Assembly (NCBI GenBank): GCA_040954595.2
Contig: CM082596.2
Coordinates: 8,197,124 to 8,261,123, forward strand
Direction: 5' to 3'
Origin: Balanoglossus misakiensis
Taxonomy: Eukaryota > Animalia > Hemichordata
DNA length: 64,000 bases
A program made the position numbers and the translations under genes. This document shows, one piece after another, positions 1 to 19,281 of this stretch. How positions within the stretch are numbered: position 1 is the first letter of the stretch; every line of letters begins with the position of its first letter. A model generated the notes under the pieces. That model saw only the letters and a list, made by a program, of their open reading frames with translations, did no database searches and was not told the origin of the DNA.

Positions 1-704
1 ACAATTAGAAGTGCAGTTTGTAGTTTTAAAAGATGCGTTATAAAAATTCACTTCAATGTCACAGAGTCATAGAAAAAGGCTGAAATTTGTCCCCCTTTTG
101 TCTGCAAAAGACAAGTCCCCTCCAATTTGCAAAAATATAAAATTTGGGGTTTTGACAGACTAATAAGTTGCTTTACCATCACATATTGCCCCATTAACAT
201 AATGCCCCCTGCCAATATCAAATATTTTCCCCCATTCATATACTGCCCCCCCAAAAATCAAATATTCCCCTCCCCTTCCTTTCCTTTACAACAAAAGTGA
301 CTGAGGTCACCATCTACACTTTTATACACCACACACAAAAAGATGTCAGCAAATGATAAAAAAATATTAATTTAAGGCTGATCCAAAAGTGGAACTGTTG
401 TAAAATAGTCAACTCTGTACCCCCATCAACAATGAGTTTATTTCCTGAGAACACACTCGTATGAAAATAATTTTTGTTTCACACTATCACAGGCATAAGT
501 TTCACAGCTACTATTTGTTTTTTGTTTCGTTCACCAATCTGTTTTACTTTGTTTCTTTAGAACCGAACACACTTGTGTGAAACTAATGAAAGGAGGGTGT
601 GAGTGTGTGCTCTTAGGGTTGGCAAGGGAATCTGTGCTGAAATGGCTACAAATGTGTATAGAGACAGAAGTCACCAAATAGAAATTGTGAAAAAAACAGA
701 GTCT

Positions 705-7287
<6,583 letters not shown>

Positions 7288-8804
7288 ATTGCCTAGCTGG
7301 TTCTGACGTCATGGTTGTCAGCCATTAGTTACCTTATTTAGCAATCACTTGGGCTGAACTAAATTTCAGAAATATTCAAGGCGTGCCTGCAAAATTCGTG
7401 AATTATTCAAAAATGAAGAGTAATCGAATAACAAGAAACCAGCAATCATTTTACAGTGACGATTCAAAATTTAGAATGGGTGAGTGAATGCAGGGATATT
7501 TTCATTGCCTGTTGGTCGTCTACCCCTTATTTTGAATAGACTAATCCCCACCCAAAGGGGGGGGGAGATCACCCACGTGAGTACCACGTGAACAGTACTC
7601 TTCGTATCGTACTCGTACGAGGCGATTCGTAGTACAAGTAGTCCAGAACCTAGCCGAAAAAAACAAAACACGAAGGCTAGACTCTAGACCATCATCGTAG
7701 TAGGTATGCCAATCTGAAATAAAGATAACTGGAATGAATACAATTTCTGATAAAAAAAATAGGCCTATGCGACTTCAGAGTAACTTTTCAAAGTATCAAG
7801 AGAACTTGAAGTAGCAGTGAGAAAGTTCGGGCCTGCGTCTCCTGTCTTAGGACAAGTCGGCTAATTATCAATATCCAACAAGATAAACACAACAATGCAA
7901 GTCTTTTTATATTACTCATCTTATATCAATCGAAGCGATAATACCTGGGATGCAGACCAGGCGCATGGGGTCATATCATGCGACGGGTTTCCTAGTAAAT
8001 TTCGCTTTGCTTTTAATAGGCCTACAGTGACAAAAGTTTGTTGTATTGCAGGAATAAAAAAAAAAAAACTTTTGATCATATAGTTAAAAATTGCGTTGAA
8101 ATCCATTTCTTCAGTTCAAACCATTCAATTCTTAAATATATTAAAGCGTGAAGTTGCTGTAAGACACCCTAAGATTGTTCACTTCATGCTTTGATGTCAC
8201 CTATCATAATTGCCACCACAGTTGCGAGCAAAATGCCCACATATTGGTACAGTACGTACAAAAATGAGACACTTTTTACAGCAATTTTACAATTATGAAA
8301 TCTCCGTATTCCATTGAAATATATTCGCATAGATATGCATATAACTTACGTGTCTGTCGCCTAAATGACATCGTAATCGTCTGACATCTAAATTAGGCTA
8401 TCCGTGGAAATTCAGTTTCGCACCAGCCTCAAAAATAGATGCAAATGCGTCATGAGAAACACCATATATACGGGGTATAAAATATGTCCATTCTGACTTA
8501 TGCAAAGTAATATATAGTAGAAATTGAGATGAGCAGTGAATGGATGTGGCGAGACGATGTGAAAATTTTGCTTTGCATAAACCACGCAGAAAGAACACCT
8601 TGTGAAAAAATGTCGTTGCCACGGTCCAAAAGAAGAATACCATTTTCTCAGTTCCCCCACCACTAAATGCCAAACGGGTATGAAGAAGTTGTATAAACAT
8701 GTGAATGACGGGTGGCCGAAGTTGAATGACGGGGAGCTGTAGCACAGCGCAGCCAGCGGTTGAAATGGGACAGGGACGAATCTGTGGACGTGTGTTTACA
8801 TCGC

Positions 8805-8840
8805 TGACGTCACTTCCATAGCAACGCTGGCCGCCATATT
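8805..8840 (+). promoter_or_regulatory. Putative BBOF1 proximal promoter: CRE, RFX X-box-like site and YY1 site
   Basis: TGACGTCA at 8805-8812, CTTCCATAGCAAC (X-box-like, typical of ciliary genes) at 8813-8825 and CCGCCATATT at 8831-8840, about 130-165 bp upstream of the ATG. Confidence 0.5.
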
Positions 8841-8968
8841 GGTTTCTTGTAAAGGAGGACGTGAAGCAACAATACTTGGATAATAATACGAACGTAATAT
8901 CGTGACAGTGCAGTCGTTGCACTTCGACTTATATTGAAACTTATAAGTGCAGTTATAACGAACCAAAC

Positions 8969-11900
8969 ATGCCAAAGAAGGGCAAAAAGGGTAAGGGGAA
9001 AGGCAAAGGGAAGAAAGGGTAAGTCGTTTAAAGTTGAACCCCCAACTTGGCCTATGCGATTTCTTCCTTCAACCATTATCGTCTTACTGTAGTTCTTTAC
9101 ACACACGGTTTCTAGAACCGTGATTTACAGTGTGAGCTCTTGTCAACAGATACTAGTACTGACTCTGTGTCACAGTACAAAACTTAGTTGCAACGAATGT
9201 ATTGTAAGCTGTAGTACTGTACAGTCATCGGAACCATACTAGTCACTGAATACATGTAATTACTAGTATTTACGGGTTGAATCAGGCCACACGGTGTGAT
9301 TCTCTTGGCTGTAGGCAGTAGTGTATCCGATGCTCGGGCTACTCGGTTGATAATGTCCGTCGCACTACTGCAGTTGTGCTGCAGACAACATCATCAACCA
9401 GTGTTGAACCACAGTCCCCCGGTAATACTAATACCGGTAATCGAGGCACTGTGCATCAACCCAGCACCCGCCACAACAGTCATTGCAGCTATGCAATAAC
9501 TGTAGCCCTTCCATTCTACTTTCAGGCTAATAACACTAACACATACACACTGAATAATATCAGACACACTTTGTTTGACTGTCTAACAATACATTTTTTA
9601 CCTCTAATAACTTGATAATAACACTGACACACTGTTACAATGATTGTCACGGGTGCTGTCAACCTGGCAGCACCCGCTACAACCATTGCAGCTAACACCC
9701 AGACACACAATAATAATAACATTACATACATATAATCTATGCCTGTCTAACATTTTCTACTTCCATTCTAATTTATGCTAATACCACTAACAGGGACAGC
9801 AATGGGCAATCTACAGATGATGAGTCTTTGTAAGTTTTCAGTGCAATATATTGCTGGGTTCATAGTGTTTGCTCCAAGAAAGTCCTGAGGCTGTACTTCA
9901 CCCCCCTCTAAGTGTTTACAAACCACAACAGAATAATTTCCTGTGAAAAGACTTACATTTATAAGTTGTTAAGCCAGTTCTGTCCACAAGTTGATCAGCA
10001 TGGTAGGCTGCTTAGTCTTGTAGTAAAGTACTCTACATAGTACAAGATCTACCGGGAAATGGCTCAGTCGTTTTAATACTTCAAGTGGTCCTATAGACTG
10101 TGATAATGTTCTTCAACAACCTTCATCATTTATGTAGAATGTACTAACTAAACTATATGTCTGTTGTGTTGTGTTGCATCCTGCAAAGCATCCAATCCCG
10201 TATACTGCTGATCCAATCAAAATGGTATCATTGCGCAGCTTTGTGTGATACTTGTTGGAGTTTGACAGCTGTCTTTTCTGTGACTTGCATGCTTGTTGGT
10301 TTTGCACGGTAGATATTCTTTCTTGAAGCCACAGATAGTTTAATTGTCGTTTGTATATTGTGGTTGTTGGTGCCCCCTTCCTCAGCTTTTTGCAAGTTCT
10401 GCCAGTTTGTTTTGTTTGAGTTTTGTTTTGTATACATCTGAATACATGTATTGGAAACACCTGCTGCTGCAGTCTCTCTGGCGGATCACAGTACAAGAGA
10501 TTACCCATGACTCTCTTTGATTTGTACATGGTATGAACTTAAGGATACATGTACATGTATCTTTAATGAAAGTCTCTTCTTGGTTCATTCAATATGCAGA
10601 AAGAAGAAAGCCAGTAAAAAGTTCACCGACTCAGCACAAGCGACGGCCAACTCTAGACTCTGGGAAGCCAGGTTAGAAGCCACGGAGAAATCCAGACAGG
10701 AATACAGAGAAAATGCCAAGAGACTGGCGTTTGAGAACGAAGCTTTGCAAACGCATGTCACGCAGGCAGAGAGAGACACCATTGATGTTGTCACTTTTCT
10801 CAAGAAGGAAGATCAGGCCAAGGAAGATCTGGTAAGTGATTGTTGATCTGCAAGTGTCTCGTATTCACAGACGGGTAAGTTTTGTTAGCCCCAGCTGATG
10901 GTTAGAAACGCAGAGATTGTCAGATCAGCTGATTGGAACATGTCAAAAATGGAAAAACCTATCAACTCTTTCTGTTCTGTATCATCGCCATCAATACAAT
11001 AGTGTGCACACTATGGAACTATGCAGCTCAAGCCAGTCAACAGTTTGTTGAGTTTGTATCAGTGGCCAACAGTGCTTCACAAGACTGACACTTCACTTTG
11101 ATTTGACATAAACACAAGTTACCAAGGGGTAGTGTGTACATGTACATCAATATAATTGTGTAAAACCACATCTGTTGATTCTGGTGTACAGGCACTTTTT
11201 ATGCATACTGTTTGTGGGGTAAATCACGTTCCACAGGCTGTGTGTGAATGTTTGACAATCACTTTTTTTGAAGTGCTTCGTGTTTTTGTCGTCAATGTTT
11301 TTCTCATGTGGAATTTTGCATGACAGTGGCGTGGATGAAATATAACACTGACTTGAATGTTGGCAGCAATAAAGTGTTTTTTCCTGGTGAAAATTTCAGA
11401 AAAAAACAGATTGATTCCAAGCCAGAGAACCAGAACAGTTTGTTACTGGTATTGGAAAACATTTGTACATGTATCACCTTCATATAACTTTTGTATGCCA
11501 TGTGTTTTTTGACAGATTGCGAAGTTACAGAAACAGTTGAAAGACACGAAGAGAGATGCTAGGAAAGAGAAGCAGCAGATTGTAAGTAGACATTTTGACA
11601 GATGGAAGTCCTGTTTTATCATATTTCAGTGCAATGCAGCACCTACAAATGTATCTACTGTGGTGGGAATAATCGGAAAAAGTTTACAACATGTAATGAC
11701 TGAAGAATTGAAACTGTCACATTTGAAATCAACAACAGAAAATTTAAAATGGGTTACAATAATCACTGTATTTTTAGGTTCGTATTACATTATTATACTT
11801 GGATACAATTATCAAAATGGAAAAGTAACATTGACAGTATTTTTGTGTTACAGATTGACGAGTTTAGCCAAAGAATTAACCAACTGGAGGATTCGCTCGG

Positions 11901-14900
11901 TGATAAAAGTAATGAAGTGAAAATGATGCAGAGCGAGTTGAAGTTAGTCAAAGAATTCAGAAGAAAACGTGGACAAATGCAGAAGGAACTTGATGAGGTT
12001 TGTTCAGTTGAATGTAGATTACATAGTGTTCGGGGGTCACATAATCAAAATTGGGGCACAGTGCCAATGGTGCTATTTGTATATAAAGATATGCGAATTG
12101 TATTGAGCAAGGCTTACAAGCTAAAAATAACATGGACTTGCATGTAACTCAATTGCCTATGCAATTTTGTTACATTTTACGCAAAGTTCTGAATGCGTAT
12201 TGAATCTAACAGAACTTCTGGGTGATATATATATATTATAGATTAAAGAAGAGATGTTTTTAACAAATAAAGAGCACAAATCAACTCTCCAAAGGATGGA
12301 ACATAAATTCTTCGAGGAAAAAATCAGATTGCAACAAGAAGCCAGCCAGAAAATTGCTGAGTTAGCTGAAAGAGCCCACACTGAAGCAATTGCGTAAGTA
12401 TAATAATTGGCTTTGCTGTGTTATTATGTCTTTATTTGGCAATTAGTGCTGACGTATATAGTCTTACTGACATTACATATATGCATGTACATATTTCTTC
12501 CACCAACATTCTTCAGGGCTTGCGTTCACGTTTTTTTCACTGGATAAAATTGTGAAAGGTAAATACATGAGACATCACTGTTCAGAAGAAATCGGTTGAA
12601 ATGCTGGTGTTTTGTCTTCATTTCAGCAATCTGGATGAAACAACGCGTTCAGTTTACAAAGAGAATGTGCGTTTGAATGAAGCTCTGAGTTATCACATGA
12701 AGGATGCGGACGAAGTGAGAAAAGCCAAAGAAGCTTTGGAGAAAGAGAACGAGGAACTGAAAGGAGGAAAGGATTTGAATGATCATCTGGTGGAGAGTAA
12801 AGTTATTGAAGTCAAGAAACAAAAAGAACAAATAAGAGAGGTATGAATTAACTTGGAACATTTCATGTGTGAATGTGTCTCTCCCATGTAAAACTGCCTT
12901 TCTGTTGTACTTTGGATAACTTTATGAAATGTTCCGTCTTTAAAGATATACGGTCACCTATGGAAAATTAGCTATAGTTACAATGGCAAATTGAGATCTA
13001 GCCAATCACAGATTTTCAGTGGGTGGCACACGCGAAAAAAAGAGCGCCGCCATATGTTCTTTAGAACGCTCAAATACGCCATTTCAGCCATATATGGACG
13101 TATGTAATTTGGTGGTGACTGTGTACCTTTAACAAAGCCTGTTCATGAGTAATGACTATTATTATTGTCGACCGATGAATTTAACTCTGGACTTGAATTC
13201 AATTTTTAACAATAAAACGCTGATTACGGAAGCACAAAAGGGCTGTGTTGAAACACCCAAAGACTAGGCATTTTCTCAACGTTTTACAGAGTAGAGCAAG
13301 AAACCACAGTTGATAGCTAAAAACCAAACAAAATAGTGGGAAATATTGCTCAAATATGGAGTTTACAACGATGACATTTCCTTTGTAACACATATTCTCG
13401 TCTCAACGCGCATGCGCGTTACTTCCCAGCAAATTTTCCGTTCGATGCATTCAAACAGTGGACTTCCTTCCATATTTCATGCGCACCGTATAAGTAGATT
13501 CTGGTTTGTCCCTCCTTTTCACCCAAGCTGCTGTCTTTTCCCGATCTCCGACACAGATTATGGTCGCCGCCATCTTCTCTGTTGTTAGGACAGAGCACTG
13601 CCTTATGGGATTGACTGTTCACTAAACGTCAGTAACCAGCGGCTACAGCTGGAACATGCGTGTGAGATGAGCTAGGCGCTTTAAACAAGGACACTGAATG
13701 ATTTCTCTGTTTCTGTAACACAGCTACAAGACAAAGTGCGGACATTGGAGACAGCTCTCAGTCACGTCGTCCGGGAGTTTGAAACCGAAAGAGACATCGT
13801 TTTGAAGAAAACTGCAATCGAGACGGAGGCCAGTCGGGTGGAGATTGCCAAGTTGTTGAGAACTGTGGAGTTGAAGTCCCGAGAAATGAATAAAGTCAAG
13901 AAGTTAGCAAAGAATATACTGGACCAGGTCAGTTGAATTTGTACTGGCAGTTTACCTTTAAAAGGTTCTGCCCATGCTGGTTGGTGGTGGTCAGGCCCGA
14001 CCAGCGTTTAAAGGGACAAAGTCTCTCTCTTGCCGCCCTTTTTCCATTAATTATGTTTGATACAAGACACTGTGTACGTTATTCTACATGTGGATATATG
14101 GTTAATCAACGTTCGACCACACACAACTTCCATCCAACTTGTAGACACGAGAGCGAAAAACTTGCCAAAATGAATAATCGGTGTTTACCATTTATTCATT
14201 TTGGCAGGATTTTTACTCTCATATCCTACAAACGGAATGGAAGGTGTGTGTGGTTGAACATTGATTCACTAAATATCCACATGTAGAATAACATAAACAG
14301 TGTCTTGTATCAAACATAATTAATGGAAAAAGGAGCAGCGAGAGAGAGACTTTTCCTTTTTAAGTGAAAAAGCTAGCAAACAAAGGCTGCCAGCACGCAT
14401 TGTGTACTCAATCTAATTTACTGTCTCATTTTGATACAAGTACATAGATGAATGGGTATGACTTGCAACAGAAATTAATTTTAATGAATATCAATATTAA
14501 TGTGTCTAAATATTAATGAGTGGCCAGCACTCAAGTCAAGCTGGGCAAAACCCTGCCTTCTAGTGTTAAATATCAGACCAATACCTTTTTGTCAATTTTG
14601 ATCATCAAACTGTAAAACACTTTATTTTCGCGAGCAATAAATTTTCGTGAAATCCGCGAGAGCCAAAATAGCATGAAAATAAAAAGTCACGTAAATTTTT
14701 GTTGAAGATAACGATGCAGTGAATGAAATAAGAGAACACGAAAATTAATACTCGTGAGATAGTGGCCTCTCTCGATATCGCGAAAATTTCAACTCGCGAA
14801 AATATGTGTTTTACAGTACTTCATGACATGTCTTTCATGACAAATTCAGTATGTGCATTATTTTGCAAGGTCTTAGTCTTGTCTGCATATGATTATGAAT

Positions 14901-16708
14901 GGAAATCAGTTTTTTCAATGCAAAAGGTCTCACTTGACATGGAAATAAACATGTAACTATGTGTTCAAGATGAATGCTTTTTTTAAATTTTATATCAATT
15001 AAAAACTTGTTCTTATTTTATTACAGAGATTAGATGTAGAGAAATTTTTCTTGGAAGCACTGGAGCAAGTCAGATTAGAAATCAACACAAACAGAAAACA
15101 GTATCGGCAAGACGCAGCGACCATGTACACAAAAAAGATGCTGGCAGCGCACAAAGGAGTTGGAGAGTATCCGAAAATAAGAACTTTCGATAAATCAGAA
15201 ACAAGTACCAATAATGTGTATAGTGATCTACAAGCTGCTGAAAGTTGGTGAGTCCATCTCTTGACATTCTGTGAAGACTCTTTCATCGCCAGTTTCAATT
15301 CAGCCTGTAATGCCCGAGTAGCTGTCACATTTGGCTATGGGTTGGCTTGTTGGGGGTGTAGAATGGCTCATGGATGTTCTGGAAACTTGCAAGCCCACAA
15401 GCTTCTTGTGGTCTGGTGCACCTGGCAAACAGGATGAGTTGCTGAGTTAGAGGGGGGGGGGGGGGGTGTAACACGTTCACTACAACAGGAGATCCAGACT
15501 GTGTGTAAAAAAGGGAGTGTTATTCTTTGCTATCAATCACGTGATCTGGCCATGTGACCAACGGTGTTGTCATTTCCAGATGAAGGGCAAGCAATATTTC
15601 GGCATCCAGTAAAAGTTTTTCCGAGTGTGTTTAAAACCGCCAGACACGTAACATGTATCAGGTATAATGCCTTATCAGCCCCATGGAGTTTCGTCTGCAC
15701 AGTCTTTGTCTGGACCACGTTGTTGAAGTTGCCCGTCAGCTGGAAATTTGAATGCGAACGTAACTGCCGTCTGAGCGCGTTTGACGTTATTTGATATCGA
15801 AGAATTCAAGGTAACAAAATTGAGTTCAAACAGTCTTTGTGAAACCTTTGCATTGAAGATTGTTACTTATTCATTGCAGGGCTGGACTCAGTAGTCAAGT
15901 GGATATCAGTGACCTGACATGGGAACAGAAAGAGAAAGTGCTGAGGGTACTCTTTTCCAAGATGAACGGGGCCAGGGTCAAACTCCATGCTCCTGAACGA
16001 CTAGGGCCTGTCAAAGAAAGCAAGGTCATCTTGGCTGATGAAGAAATGTAAGTACAAAATTGTGATAGAGTGCACCTGGTCATAAACAAGTTCCTATCCT
16101 TGGTTGATGGGGTTTATGAACAATGGTCAGTCTCATACTGGATAAGACAGCTTGTGTATGAACAGCTCATGGTAGTGGCGTGATGAATTTGACTGTCAAA
16201 CCTAATCTGGAGTATTGACTTCTCAGTGTTGAAGTTGTTCAAAGTCTTAATCACACAGGCTCCATCAGTCATTGGTCTAACATAGGCCCAAAATGTGTGT
16301 AGGATCAGTGGTACCTGAAAGATAGTTATTGGAACATGCCACGCACCATAAATTTTCAAATAGAGTTGAGTGACCAACCACACTTTGATTGACTCAAAAT
16401 CAGAAATTGAATACAACTTTTTGGCTAAAAATCCTCTTTTTTTAAATACGATATTACCCCATGAAAAAGAAATTACGCCACTTCACAGAAGTTACACCGA
16501 AAAATTATAATGCTGATTCTATTTTGTTTCTTCCAACAGAAAAGCTATAGAACCTGCACCAGAAGAAGACAAGACATTCCTGACACAAGCCCGTGTAAGC
16601 GACAGTCCAGAACTGAATACAAACCCAGTTGTACCTGATATAGGAACGTCACTTGCTGTGCAAAGTGGAGCACAGGATACTGTTGCAGAAAGTACAGCTG
16701 TATCTTGA
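8969..16708 (+). CDS. BBOF1: Basal body orientation factor 1 (CCDC176)-like coiled-coil protein (10 exons, 539 aa)
   Basis: Exons 8969-9018, 10600-10831, 11516-11581, 11854-11997, 12242-12393, 12627-12840, 13724-13927, 15027-15247, 15880-16047, 16540-16708 are GT-AG and phase-consistent (1620 nt). Lys/Gly-rich N-terminus MPKKGKKGKGKGKGKK. Motifs ANSRLWEARL, MEHKFFEEKIRLQQEA, VYKENVRLNEALSYH and VDISDLTWEQKEKVLRVLFSKMNG match BBOF1 as I recall it. Confidence 0.9.
12944..13128. mobile_element. Short TTAA-flanked MITE, Kolobok-like (short family)
   Basis: TTAA|AGATATACGGTCACC...GGTGACTGTGTACCT|TTAA. Related copies at 28533-28714, ~28920-29059, ~47990-48065 and ~52886-53069. Confidence 0.7.
14012..14359. 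mobile_element. Palindromic MITE with TTAA TSD, Kolobok-like (long family, second copy)
   Basis: Same TIR and internal sequence as 5196-5546, flanked by TTAA. Confidence 0.8.
14610..14816. mobile_element. ~200-bp MITE (CTGTAAAAC family)
   Basis: Same TIRs and internal sequence as 1211-1411. Confidence 0.8.
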
Positions 16709-17537
16709 GGAGTTGGATAGTACAAGTCTCTCGTATCTAGTTGAAATCCCCCAATTTTTCAACTGTTTTAAATTTACAACACAAAAAGGATTCAAAAATC
16801 TATTTTATGTGTTTGATGTGTATACCGCTGTTTCATTGACAGTAAAGTGTCGACTTTGTTTATATTGACAATACTAAAGTTAGCGTTTTTTTCTATATTT
16901 GTCATTCTTCCGTGTTTTCATTCTTGTTTACATATGAATTGGATCTGGATGCAGTATGTGTTAATACAGGATCAAATTTTGGGGTGACCTTTGACCTAGT
17001 TTTGCATATCTTGGCCTCCATACTGGATGGAGACCATGTGCTAGGTTATGCATGCATTGGCATTGGCACTTTGTTACCCGTTCACCAACTTGGTTCAGTC
17101 CAAACCTATTGTTTTCTATGGTATGGTTGGACCTCTATAGAGGGAACTGGGAATGAAAAAGTTAAGCACGCTGGTTCGAGGACATCAAAAGCATCTAGTT
17201 TCTAGTAGCAATGTTGCAGTAGTGCAAATGTTATTGTGGAACACCGTTTAACACATGGCTGCTTGTTGTTGGTAATTCTCCTGTGAAATGTCAGTCATAA
17301 CCAAATGGGCAATTCATTACTTCTATGCTATTCAGTGTAAAGATCACCTCAGACAGATATGGATGTGAGTTTAATATTACGCAAAATTATGATTTGACTT
17401 TGAAATGTACAGTTTTGACAGAATATTGGATGCAATTGAACATGGCTGACTGCATATTGAGATATAGTCACTGAAACAAAAATCTCCTGAAGTCTTTTCA
17501 TGCAAAGTATTTTGACAAGGGTCACACAATGTACATA

Positions 17538-17699
17538 CAGTCAAACCTGTCTATAGTGGCCAGTCAAGGGACTTTACCAAACTGGCCTTTATAGACAGGT
17601 GGTCTTTATAGACAGGTTAATTTATACACGTGTAAATTGCACAGGGACTGTAACTAAGTGGTCACTATATAGAGGTGGTCACTAACACAGGTTTGACTG
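17538..17699. mobile_element. pogo/Tigger-like MITE
   Basis: TA|CAGTCAAACCTGT...ACAGGTTTGACTG|TA. Confidence 0.75.
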
Positions 17700-18559
17700 T
17701 ATTAAAAAGACATGCCTATATATCCTAGCAATGATTCTTTGTACTATCTTCCCGGAAGATGATTTTCTCAAGGGTGAATTTTGTATATATGAATTTGTAC
17801 AGAATAAAATTTCAAATTTTCTGATTAAAGTGATTATGTGGGTGTTTTTTCCTCCCTGTGTATTCACTATGTATTCACTGCAAACATGAGAACTATGACA
17901 GAACTTCATGACCGCTGCACGCTATCTGAACTGTACAGAGCACAGCAAGTGAAAGTACAGCAGAAAAATCTGCACCACGAGTTTCTAGTGTTTATTTTTT
18001 CACTCTTACTGGACTATCACTCTTTTGTACAATAATCTAATATCTGAATATGAAAAAAAAAACAATTTGTAACACGACCTCTCTATGGCAACAGTTTATG
18101 CGTGGATATACTGCTCTGGTTCGCGCGAAAATGGCAAATCCCCGACACACGTCAGAAGTTGTTATAACACACCATGCAGCGAACCCTCGATCGTGATTCG
18201 TCAATACGACGTCACGTGACCTTAGTCATTTCGGGGTACCCTCGGACTGTGTTCCAAATCTTCCATACGTCAAAAGAGAACACTTTGGTAAATAAACGAA
18301 ATGCAAGATGATGAAACATCGCGAAAGCACACTTCCGCCCGCACCTAACAACAGACACAGTCGTTGTCATGCTTGACAACCCGCCCGGTCTCGTCACTTC
18401 AAGTCTATATTCATCCGCGATTCAGGTTTTTCTGACAGCGTAATTCTTTCTCGAATGTGCGAATGACAAGAACTCTTAGTAAATTAAACATAATCTTAAA
18501 TCCAACACTCATCAATTTAATAAATGTTACCGACCAGAACAACCTTACACAATGGTTTA

Positions 18560-18748
18560 GGCTGCATTCACAAACACCTCTGGAGGGGGGGGGGGGCAGG
18601 AGAATTCAATTTTTTTTACCGTTAATTTTCACATGCCCCCGTACATAACCCGAAATTATTTCAAATCCCCCCCTTACATACCCTCAATTCTAATCCCCCC
18701 CTCAATTCTCCCGCCCCCCCCCCACCAGAGGTGTTTGTGAATGCAGCC
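18560..18748. mobile_element. PIF/Harbinger-like MITE
   Basis: TTA|GGCTGCATTCACAAACACCTCTGG...CCAGAGGTGTTTGTGAATGCAGCC|TTA: 24-bp perfect TIR with 3-bp TTA TSD. Confidence 0.8.
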
Positions 18749-19281
18749 TTAGGCGGATTTTTTTTCAAGAATAACCACTAAAAGCCACTATTAGGCCTAC
18801 ATAATAATTTTATTATTCGGCTAGGGGTAGCACACAATACTAGCCTGGCAGGGTGGGGGTGGGGGCAGACAGCAGGGTACATGTCTAACCTTAATAATGA
18901 CAAATGAATTCACACCCTTTTCAGGACGGTTTGTACAACTTTTATTTTCTGAGCTTCTTTATGAGTCGATCACCACCTCTGCAAAATGGTATCAATTTTT
19001 TCCATAGCAACTGAAGAGTGCAACGCATTCCCCCACGTTCCGCACTGTGACCCAAAACATAGCTGCCTAATCCAGGCATTTGTCACCGGTTGTCGGTAGG
19101 TTAGTCGTGACTTTTGTGGGTGTCGACCTGAGCTGATGATAACGCGCTAAAGTGTAGTACATGACGTCAGGGGTAATTCCGGGGAAAGGGGTCATTTTGG
19201 GTCTCGGTCAGTGGTCCGTCATCCGTCTTTTCGCCCGCACTCACGGCCGCAGTAAACGATCAAGAGTGACAATTGTACGAC

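Noticed and set aside
8398-8922. 174-aa minus-strand ORF between PP1 and BBOF1
   Set aside because: No recognisable domain, a non-ATG start, and it overlaps the BBOF1 promoter. Likely chance.
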